From Lingula anatina (taxonomy: Eukaryota > Animalia > Brachiopoda), in NCBI GenBank assembly GCA_051362555.1, contig CM120643.1, positions 18,976,848 through 19,040,847 on the forward strand: DNA of 64,000 nucleotides, read 5' to 3'. The notes beneath the pieces were generated by a model. That model was not told the origin of the DNA. It ran no database searches and saw nothing but the letters and a program-made list of their open reading frames with translations. Below are positions 1 to 10,185 of the stretch, one piece after another. The position numbers were made by a program, and so were the translations under genes. Numbering within the stretch: position 1 is the first letter of the stretch; the number at the start of each line of letters is the position of its first letter.

Positions 1-320
1 ACAGATATGAAATAATACGGAACAATGCAAGGTCTGTCTGCGTCGCCCTGTACCTTGAAATTGGTGTAAGGATAGTTTTGAAAGATACACTGTACATGTA
101 TAACGGCATCTAACCTCTCTTGATTACAATACAGGAACAGTGTATAGATATTCCCAAACCATTATGTACCTTTTGGGTCACATCTCTTCGTACTTAATCA
201 GTGGATCTATTTCTTTTTTTTGTAATATTGTTTGGAACAGCGGGAAGAGTCGAGCGCTAGTTACACTCGGTCACAACTCTGATTCGACATCCCGATATTT
301 TCGAGTCATGCTGTACTTAC

Positions 321-1781
321 CTTAGTATCAGGCTCCGAAGCGATGACTTTGTAGTAATCTCCTATAGCTCTATCCGGCGTGGGAGCAGTGACAAATGCTT
401 TTCCCCAAGTCACGACGGGGGGCAGCATCTCCACTAAATGATCTTGCGTACCGGCCTGAGTGGCCACAGCAGGCGTCTTCATTACAGCAGTTTTCTGGTT
501 TCCACTAAGAACGGCTATGGGTTTGGTACCAGTGATGCGTGTTCCGCTCAAGTCACCAGCAGTATGAAGCTGCAGAGCGTCGTATGCGTCGAGTTTGACG
601 GTGAAAGACTCTCCATTCCTATATGTCTTGCCTCCATAGGTCACTACGTTTTTGTCCATCAGGTTGCCCAGTTTGATGGTAACTCTTGTGTTGTCGCTGA
701 TGCCAACCACGTTGATCATAGACTGCCTGCCTGCCGGAGAGTTGGGATACCAACTGACCGCGAAATAGTCTTTCTCCAAGACGTCAACGGGCAGAGCAAG
801 GAAAGAGTCTGCTGAAGCCGACTCTTTGTTATTTCCGTACACTGTAATCTCCCCGCCAACTGAAGTCACCAAAATGGCCTTTTTGGCTACCTCAGTACCT
901 ATTAAGTGCAGATTTTTGTCAATGGTAACTTTTTGGACATTACCGGCTGTAACAGTGAATTTTTGGTCCACTTTTGGGGAGGTCCACTTTGGGGATTGGA
1001 CGTGCACTGCAACCGGTGTTTTAGAATTCGTTGTCACAAACATTTCAAGGTCAGTATTCAAGAGGTTTTCTCCAAAAGCGAAGACAAATCTATTGCCTCG
1101 ATTGTCCGGTGCCCCTACATAGTTGGCTCGCAATGTCGCATCTTCAATAAGAGAGAATGGGACATAAAAATAATACCTACAGTGACAAAATACGTGTTAG
1201 AACAAATGAATACAGTTTGTCCCAGTTTAAATGTAACCCAGCTTGAACACCATTAATTTTCTGTTTACAAACTATATGTATATGATCAATATATTTCTGA
1301 AAAATATAGAGAAGTTAGCATATCTACTGCTACAAACAACATACCACTAACTCAAAGATTTTATCGTCATTTATGATGCCAAATGCAAATACTTATTAGG
1401 ATGTAAGATAAAAAAAAACTGCAACAGAATTACGTATAACAGGGAAAGTGTTTTACTTAGAGATATTATAAATAGAATTAAAATTATAAATTTTCAACCC
1501 AAATAGAAGGCAATCTAGACTTTTCCTTGTGCACGTACGACTCAAGAAATTTGGATTCCTATTTAAGAAAACAATACACTTATCCCTTTCTTAAAAGCCT
1601 CACAGTAAAATTTCACTCATTCCATTTTTATAAAGACATCTTTAAAAAACAGCACAAAACAATAATTGAAAAATACTTGTATATTAATAGCAGAAATCTT
1701 CAATTCCATGGAATTTCACTTACCTATGCTCGGGCTAACAGCCGCGAGAAGGGCAACCAGTAGCACTGCGCCCCGCCACAT
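321..1781 (-). CDS. IgGFc-binding protein N-terminal domain (FCGBP-like) secreted protein, 5' part; exons 1781-1724 and 1141-321, probably continuing past the left edge
   Basis: Exon 1 encodes signal peptide MWRGAVLLVALLAAVSPSI with a phase-1 GTAAGT donor. It splices in frame to the AG at 1143-1142 and the ORF ..APDNRGNRFVFAF..SADSFLALPVDVLEKDYF..DLSGTRITGTKPIAVLSGN..DHLVEMLPPVVTWGKAF.., typical of IgGFc_binding domains. GTAAGT donor at 320. Confidence 0.85.
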
Positions 1782-1833
1782 CTTTAATCGCTACCTTGTA
1801 CAACTTAAAGCCTCAGCCGAGAAGCGAACGCTG

Positions 1834-1842
1834 TATATATAT
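1834..1842 (-). promoter_or_regulatory. Candidate TATA box of the FCGBP-like gene
   Basis: TATATATA run about 55 nt upstream of the ATG at 1781. Confidence 0.45.
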
Positions 1843-2709
1843 GTAAGTATTGCACGACCCCCTTACGTAGCTGGTGTGACATCACACGAGTTCAAATATG
1901 TCCAGGTGCTGGAGTCGCCGGGGCCGTGGTCAATAACAAGAGCGAGGAGAGGATTATGGAGTATCTAGGCGATAAAGCAATCAGCTGCTGTGCGCGATAT
2001 CATGCAGGACTGAAACATGCATGTTCTACCAGTTTTACTTGTATAAGCCGATTGGGGAGAGGAGGGGGGGGGTAGGTTGGGGTTCGTACTAATTTCGCGC
2101 CAACATTAAATGAGGTACACTGACATTGACGTATGTTCTCACTTGTCTTGATAAAATGAACTTGTAAAGTAGTTTTCAGACAGCTTATGAACGTTTGTCT
2201 GAAAAACAGGTGAGCGAGCGTCGAGTCATTCTTTTATCAAGAAAGGACCCTGGGGACTTCTTAACTAAATACCCGGCCAGAAATCTGTCATAGCAAGGGT
2301 TCCAGCTGACTTTATTGCAATTGACGAAGAATGTTCAGGTATCTAACGTCGGTTTGATATATCTTCTATCTAAAATTGTGATAGCTTGAAAAAAATTTTC
2401 TTTCCATTGGTGACAAGCACTTTGGGCGGCTCCCCCCCCCCTCCAGAAAAAAATAAAGTCTTTTTTATTATAAAACAGGCACAACATTAATTTTATTGTG
2501 CTAATTTCGATTCATTATGGGTAGGAGATGTACATGTGTAAAGTATGGACTGATTTTCGGGATGAAGTTATTGTGGCCACCGTTTCAACAGGCCCCTGGT
2601 TGGAAAACACACCACGTCCCTTCAACCGGGCCAATTATCAACATCTATCTGTCCGTTTAGGAGTTTCTTTTTTTAAAAATAACTTAAGACCGAAAATAGG
2701 TCTTAACTG

Positions 2710-2874
2710 GTGTGACAGGAATGGTAGTCCTGGAATGGAAGTCAGGGGTCCCATATAATAAGTACAGGTTAGGGGTAGTCGGAGTATTGGGGTTAGTATA
2801 TGGGGCGAATGTCACCTGTGCAAAGAAATGGAGAACGGACTACGGTTTCTAGCGGACTGCCATTCCTGTCACAC
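2710..2874. repeat. Small inverted-repeat element (MITE-like)
   Basis: 21-bp inverted repeat GTGTGACAGGAATGGTAGTCC (2710-2730) / GGACTGCCATTCCTGTCACAC (2854-2874) with one mismatch; no clear TSD. Confidence 0.4.
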
Positions 2875-3903
2875 TGGCCCCAAAAAGATTCTCTTTGTGC
2901 TATGAGTTTTTGATACATTAATAAAAGGCCATTTTTACTATAAATTAAGTGCACATATTTTCGTATTTTATGCAAGAAAAGTTTTAAAATCGTATTTAAA
3001 TCTCTGCGTTTAAAGTTTTAGTGTAGGCAAAGAAAATATAGACCCTAAAATGAATAAAAGAATCGGCTGATAATGTTAAAAGAAACGTCGTAGTTCAAGA
3101 TAAGAATATTAATATTGGGTATTGGACATTATTTTTGCACAAGTTTGCAAAGCATTTGAAATAATATTTGTTGCTTGTTTATGCTCACCTATGAATACGA
3201 ATGGGGGACATAGAAACATAAACTAAGATATTACTAATTGACCGCTAGGTGGCATTACAGTCTGATGAAGACCTTCGTCCAGACTGCCTGTAAGCTTACA
3301 AGCATGCTGATCAAATGTGATGCCTGTGTGCATTTTTAGACTAACGCCGGTCACCACCTAAAGGGGGCGCCACTGAAATGTAATCATAAACCTCTTCGCA
3401 ATTCCAATTTTCATGCTTTGTCATGGTTTGTCCACTTGAAATTAAGCTGTACCAGAATATGTTTTGAGAGATTTGGAACTTACTATATACATTTGTAAGA
3501 GAGTCATCCTAATGAAACCCCCGCGATCTATACCTAAACGTCAAAGAGCGAAATCCTGAAAATCCCATGTATCGTCATTACATTGTAGAGCCTATCAAAG
3601 CATTCCCTTATATACATATAGGTAAGGTACAGTATAACGTTTGATGTGAAGAAGTCTAAACAAAATTGGCCGACAGCTCTTAGTTTATTTTTCTTGTTTT
3701 TTTTTTTTTTTTTTTTTTTGAAAATGGGCGCCGTATGTTTAGACAATAGAACATTTAAATTGCTTGCGAAAAGCACTATATATCATCCGTAGACACGCAT
3801 CTAATCACGTGCCAAATGTCAGGTTTCGTTCATTATACGCTCTACAAACTACATGTACATGTACAACCAGCAGGTAGAATCTGTTGCAGTTACCCTGTAG
3901 AAT

Positions 3904-4728
3904 CACTGTGGTAGGTGGGCAGGTCCACTAGGATACGTCATCTGATACGTCAAGTAAACATGTAAACATGTTTTTAGTTAAAACTCCTATCATGTCGGAT
4001 TTGCGTAAGTGATCGTGCAGAGGGTATGAACGTTGTCATACGCTCATGACGACAATGGTGGACTAAGGGTGTCCTTGAGTGCAAGGAGTGCGCGTTCACA
4101 TTTGCACTGACATATCCAGGATTTTGCAAAAAGAAGGGGTCTGCTAAGTAAATGGTGACATGCATAAAAATAATTCTATGCCGATCGAAGTGGGGCAAAT
4201 GGAAAACGGTAGACAAGGACATTGTTGCATGAATACCCAAGCACAAAGATGGGGACGTTATTCAGTTTGACCCTTTTCTTTACTTTATTTTTCTTTTCTT
4301 TTATTTATTTGCTAATTACTTTATTTCTTTGGGGAGGGGTGGGGGGAGTACATGTAGATGAGGCAGAAGGGTCAACCACCCGGGAAATATTACAAGCTAA
4401 GAATGGGGTGATTTCTACATGTAGCCCTTTTTTTAAAACTCTTCTCATAGTACATTTGGTAGTTGGAAAATCGGCAGAAGGACCCTTTATGACCCCTTAT
4501 TAACCGAAGCGAAAGTATAAGTAAAGGACAAACACAAATATGGTGTTCGAAATTTGGTCGGTGATGGCTGCTTGCATTGATAGGTTCCTCTAGTAATGGC
4601 AGAGAGCAAAAAGAGAGACATTTTCCCCGCTTTACCCGTTTGACGGAAGTATATCCATTATAGTACAATTGCTTTATATATACGTAGAATGGTCTAGACA
4701 GTCCCTGTTGTCTTCCTTGTTATAAAAC
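3904..4728. repeat. Unclassified ~0.8 kb repeated segment upstream of family A genes
   Basis: Homologous sequence at ~31048-31800 and ~62364-63150, partial copies at ~14510-15010 and ~37060-37530, and fragments at ~24720-24820, ~47505-47600 and ~52608-52685. Confidence 0.7.
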
Positions 4729-6941
4729 TACGGAAGCCGACTGGTGCCATATGTTGAAAAAAAAAATTTATCTCGAAATTTCGAGATAGCGTTTTGAAAT
4801 TTGAACAAAAAAATTTTTATCTCGAAATTTCGAGATAGCATTTTGAAATTTGAACAAAAAAAAAATTTATCTCGAAATTTCGAGATAGCATTTTGAAATT
4901 AGAACAAAAAAAATTTCATCTCGAAATTTCGATGTAGCATTTTGAAATTTGAATAAAAAAAAATAATAATAATAGATAAAATACCCACAATGCATGAGGG
5001 ATGTGAAACATGATAACATTCTAAACCAAAACATATGGGTTATGGACATTGTGTAAGCTACAAACTAAAGAAGAAACTAATGCCTCGATATACATGTAGA
5101 CTGTCCAAAAGTGAAGCAGTATTAATATCTGGATTGTGCCTGGTTGTTTCTGACTTTTGTTGAAAAGGGAAGTTGACATTTCATGGTCATTAAGGTAAAT
5201 GGGACGTGAAGCTTACTCTAAATATGATGTTGAACAGAGCTGCAGTTTTTCCTTGTTTTTGAAAGTGCATTAAGCCTGTTTCATTTTACACTTGTACTGC
5301 ATGTAATGGCATCCTTCTTTTAGTCAGCGAGGATTTAAGACACTTGGTTTATGTCTGACAAACATTTTTATACTGGTTTTTATGTTCATATGTGTAATTT
5401 TCATTAATAATTTTCTCTTGTGATCAAACATTGATGATAAAAGTGTGATCATGTTACAAAACATAATGAACTGTTGGTTTTAAAAGTGCTTTGTAAGTTT
5501 ATGCAAGTTGCAAGTGATTTGTCTATTTTTGTTGACACACCAAAGAAGTACCCTTTGTTCCATGTTGTTAAAACATGTTATGGGCGTTGTCATAATATTA
5601 TATTATAACCTTTGTGCTCTGAACCTCACTGTTCATGTCTCTTGTTGATGGAATGGAATATCCATATCCTGGTCAGTCTGATACATATAATGCTTGCGTT
5701 TTTAATTTCTAGTTTGATTTAGCCAAATTTTCTGCTTTTCATTTTACACTTATATTACATGTTATGGTAGAGCTCTTTTGGTTAACCAATATTTCAGACA
5801 CTTGGCTGATATCCAATAGAGATATTCTAATATTGCTTTTAGACACTTGGTTAATGTCTGACAAACATATTTTGATATTGATTTTTATCTTAATATATAT
5901 GTGTAATTTACCATAATAATCCTTTTCCCTTGTGATCATACAATAATGATAAATTCAAAAGTTTAATTTCTGAATCACAAAAGAAGTGTCTTTTGTGCAT
6001 TGTTTTTAAAACATTATGGATGTTTTCATTATAATAGCAATCTTTGTGCTCTACACCTGATGGTAGACCGGGTGTTTTTCTTTTTGTTAATAAAAGTTAG
6101 ACTAATAAAATGATTTTTTTTACTTTTATTTTTGTTTTGGGGTCAATTATAGAGTAAAAGTTGAATAATATATTGGATATCAATCCAAGGATCAAACTGT
6201 GGGTTAAAGTTTCATGCCAGGTATGTGTCATAGTGCAAATACTGAGAGAACTATCAATTTTACTGTATCACCCAACTATTTTTCAATATACATGCACTAG
6301 CACTTTATATTTAAACATGATGAAGAATGTTACTCTCAAAACAAAAAAAAAAAAAAAAAAGCATCGTCAGATTACCTTTACATAAGTTATTCCCAAACAA
6401 ATTGCAGAAAAAATAAATACATGACTGTAATTCATAGTTATCTAAAATGTTTATTTCAAATCCTGATGATAGAAGTAGGACTGCGCCAGACAATGAAAGG
6501 ATTTTCAATGGAATGTTCACTCTTGATTATACATGTTCTTTCTAAAAATTACATCAGCAAAAGTCAGTTCTATATGTTTGTGTTGAAGTTCTAAGGTAAG
6601 TTGACTTTAATATTATGTCAAAAGGTAGTCCACGCAGTATGTTTTTGTTATGCTTATTGAAAACTGATTTAAGTCATGATAGTGACTTTTCATAATAATA
6701 GTAATACTAATAATAACCGGCATACTATTAAGTTTATCTCAGCAAAAAATACTGATGTTCTGTGTCTTGTTGTACTGCATGGCCTGCAGATTTTAAGGCT
6801 GTTCTGTTTTTACACTGTACTCATTATTTTTTATCATGAATAAAGTTTATAAGTAACATGACTTGATATGCATTGATCATCAAGACTTCCCTGAACAATC
6901 ATTGTTACTGCGACACAGCTGATATGTACCAATGCAACACA

Positions 6942-8417
6942 CTATAGATCCTGTCGAATAGCTAATCGCAATGCATGGTAAACCTGCTGTGCCTCCTGTA
7001 CATTGGTAGGAAAGTCCAAAAAAAGTTCAGCCATGTAAATATTGAAGAGTTCAAATAATTCTTCATCACAGGGAAGGCCATCCCTGAAGCTGCATTCGGT
7101 GAAACATGCTTCGATATGTCCTTGGTTGACTGGTCGCAGGTAGTCTCGTCGGCCATACAATTCTGGCATAGAGAACAGAACGATTGGTCTTCCATTGGGA
7201 ACGTTCTGATTCTTTGTGCGTCGTATGCGACAGTTCCATACAGACGTGACCCTATCCAGATCAGTCTATTATAAATATAAAGAAAAAGAATTTCAGGCTA
7301 TTTTGTTTATTAGCATACAATTTACCACAACTCAAAACTGACATTACTTAATATTGCAGTCACCATTCAACTACACCCTGATGATTATATGCAGTATTGT
7401 ATTTGGAGAAGTTTTAACATCTAAAACTATTTAAAACATTAAAACTATTTAACGCCATTATGTGAGATTAAAACAAAAAAGAAATGGATTCTCGACTCTT
7501 AGAAAGACCCAGTAAATATAAGAAGCGCTAAAGTTAATAATGCATTACCGACAATCAATTAGTCTCATTTCAGCAGCCGAAACAGATAGAACTATAAAAT
7601 GCTTTAATACATGGACCAAAGTCATGAAGCAGAATTGGACGAGGCTTGTGTCTAGCGGGTCTCCTGCAAAATCCCCAACATCCTTCAATGCTTTCAGAAC
7701 ATCCATCCAAAATTGTATGCATTCTTTACGCAGCATACACCAAAAGGCTTCAATCTGCTGGTTGTGAGTGCTCCACCCATAAATAAAGCTATTCTGCTCC
7801 GACAAGAACTCTTGCATCTGTGCTACATGACCGTTCTCGGTTCCAATGTCTCCTCTGACTAAATTTGGGCATCCTTCCATGGCACTCACTGCTTCTATGT
7901 AATATCCAGCAATTACTTTTGGGTCGCTGCTTGTGCGAAATACGTTCAACCAAATCACCTGACGAGAAAACCCATCAATACATCCGTTGATGCACAAGCC
8001 ATAAGTTTTCAATTTGTCATATGAGTCTAGGTGCCACAAATAGTTTGGTCCTCGCGCAAAGTATTCTCTTCTTTTGAGCCTGCCTCTTCTCCTAAGTTGC
8101 AAACCATCAGGATCTATGATCTTCATTATCAAATACACTGTGTCTCGCTGGACTGTCTTGCCTGCTTGCAAACACTTCAAATGCATCCATCTGTATCCAT
8201 GCATATTTCCACTTTCATTGATCTGATCAATAATAAAATCTGCAACCTCCAAAATGTCTGTAAAGTGTTTGTGTCGGAACAGACATTGTTGGCGCAACCG
8301 TCTCTTCAGTGTCCTGAGACTTAAGACGATACGGTGATTAAGAGCAAGCGCATACAAAATTTCCTTGTAGCTGAGCCCAAGCTGGAAATACGTGGTGATA
8401 ATAACTTGCTCGTTCAT
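6942..8417 (-). CDS. IS3EU-type DDE transposase, two exons (8417-7611, 7265-6942), about 376 aa
   Basis: N-terminal HTH-like region (YFQLGLSYKEI..SLRTLKRRL), GYRWM, GPNYLWHLDSYDKLKTYGLCINGCIDGFSR, RGDIGTEN and STHNQQIEAFW giving D-D-E. A phase-0 GT-AG intron joins to TDLDRVTSVWN..GRPIVLFSMPELYG... Confidence 0.85.
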
Positions 8418-8626
8418 TGTTTATCTGTAACGAAAAAATAAAAAAAGATTTTTTCATGACAAAGTACTGCTTGAACTTTGTTCGACTGGTAAGTGTGGTG
8501 CCTACACCAATGATTATTAAAATAATAATGAGTTCAAATAATATTGATAATAACTTGTTGCAACAATGTGCTGGCAAACTGTTGGGGCTGTAAACCTAAA
8601 CAGAAAAATACAAAAGGGATAATTAA

Positions 8627-9306
8627 GGACATTTAACCCTTCGCCCAAAACTCCTTATTTACTGCCTTACATGCATTCTTTTGGGTAATAAATAAATCTT
8701 CAGTGTTCAGTGACTAAATTTTTTAACATTTATACATGTAATTTCACGGGTGACGTCATATTTGCGATTTTGGGGTAAAAACTAGAAAATCGGTTCTCTT
8801 TAGATCACCATTTCAAGGGCGATTTAATGACACCATTTAGTACTCCAAAACCCTGCCAGCGATTTTTCTTAAAAGCCTTAGTTCAGATTTTATCGTTGAT
8901 AAAGCAAAATGACACCTTTGTTTACTAATAATCTGTACTCAAGGCCTCATAGCTCTATAATAAAAGCATTTAAAACAAAATGATAACACGGGATTGTAGC
9001 CTACATATATACACTCCTGGTCAGCTCTTACAATTTCGTGATAAAATCTAGTTCAGGGACGAAATTACTCTTCATACCGATTGCTAATAAAAAAAATACA
9101 AAGGTGTTAAATTGACGATTAAAGCTTTTAGTTGCCTATGCTATTGAATATACATCGAAAAGAAAAAATATAAATACTGATATTTTACATTTCCGGGAGT
9201 TTTTTCATTGTTTCAAATCTGCACAAAGACAGATGCATTATTGAATAATTGGATGCAGGAAAAAACTCTTTCGTTATTAGGATGATAACAAAGGGTTACA
9301 ATGTCC
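8627..9306. mobile_element. Nested non-autonomous element with TTAA target site (Kolobok-like)
   Basis: TTAA|GGACATTTAACCCTT ... AAGGGTTACAATGTCC|TTAA inverted ends; related fragments at ~20940-21180 and ~14420-14490. Confidence 0.55.
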
Positions 9307-10185
9307 TTAATTTTAAAAACAAGGCGGCAAAGCTATTTTGACAACTGGTTTAAGTGTTATAGTAATCTCACCTGTCATCCCTCTTTCCCTCATAAATTCT
9401 TCCAAGCCCTGGTCTATATCTTTCACGTCCCGTTTGCTGAAATAATTGAGCCCCTTTGTTCAAATTCATGTGACTCTACAAACAAAGCTTTTTCGGGTAT
9501 AACAGATTATAGATAGGCTAAAATGAATCCTTTGAATGTAGAGCATGTGGTTTCCTCGTGTAGTTCCGTTTTCACATCCCTCATGCATTGTGGGTATTAT
9601 TATTATTATTATCATTAATTTTTTGTTCAAATTTCAAAATACTATCTCGAAATTTCGAGATAAATTTTTTTTGCTCAAATATCAAAATGCTATCTCGAAA
9701 TTTCGAGATAATTTTTTTTGTTCAAATTTCAAAATGCTATCTCGAAATTTCGAGATAAAACATTTTTTTGTTCAAATTTCAAAATGCTATCTCGAAATTT
9801 CGAGATAAAAATTTTTTTCAACATATGGCACCAGTCGGCTTCCGTATAAAACGGACCCAGTGTGCCGCGTAAAGGACTGTCACTGATTTATCTCGGATCA
9901 AAACAGACTCAAATTTGGTTCTAAAAGTTACAACCATATATTGGGTGTACATCCAAATATAATTTTGGTAAAAGAAGCCTCTTTTTATGGTGAGATACGT
10001 ACTTCATTAGTTATTTAAGAAGGGGCATATACCGAGAAGGGTGAACAGAGTACGTGTTCTGTAATCTGTAATCGCGGCCAATGATGCTACTGCTAATATG
10101 ACGTGATGCATAATCCCCGGATACAGAAGATCTGCAGCTTACTCCTTGAATAATTTCTTATCATTTTGGGTTGTACGTTAAAAGT

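Larger units (their letters stand above)
4729..9846 (-). mobile_element. IS3EU-type DNA transposon, both ends intact
   Basis: Termini TACGGAAGCCGACTGGTGCCATATGTTG..CAACATATGGCACCAGTCGGCTTCCGTA. TIR of about 280 bp with ~41-bp subterminal repeats. 6-bp TSD TAAAAC (4723-4728 and 9847-9852), confirmed by empty sites CTTGTTATAAAACGGAC at ~31786 and ~63134. TAY..RTA ends, a 6-bp TSD and an integrase-core transposase match IS3EU. Confidence 0.88.

Noticed and set aside
1-90. Possible next FCGBP-like exon on the minus strand
   Set aside because: A short open frame follows an AG, but it has no recognisable motif and is cut by the window edge.
438-1256. Plus-strand ORFs 438-815, 826-1122 and 906-1256
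   Set aside because: Antisense shadows of the FCGBP-like exon.
3258-3290. CTGATGAAGAC.. resembling a hammerhead ribozyme core
   Set aside because: No GAAA follows the putative stem II; the sequence is better explained as an imperfect palindrome.
4760-4960. Regularly spaced palindromic repeats resembling a CRISPR array (also 9615-9815)
   Set aside because: The intervening sequences are near-identical rather than unique spacers, and the arrays are the mirror-image subterminal repeats of a eukaryotic transposon.
5330-6060. Degenerate internal direct repeats in the IS3EU element as a possible second gene
   Set aside because: AT-rich, with no convincing ORF or spliceable coding motif.
8633-9300. 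piggyBac call from TTAACCCT..AGGGTTA
   Set aside because: The right side is TTAC, and the inverted repeat extends outward to TTAA|GGACA, which fits a Kolobok-like boundary better.
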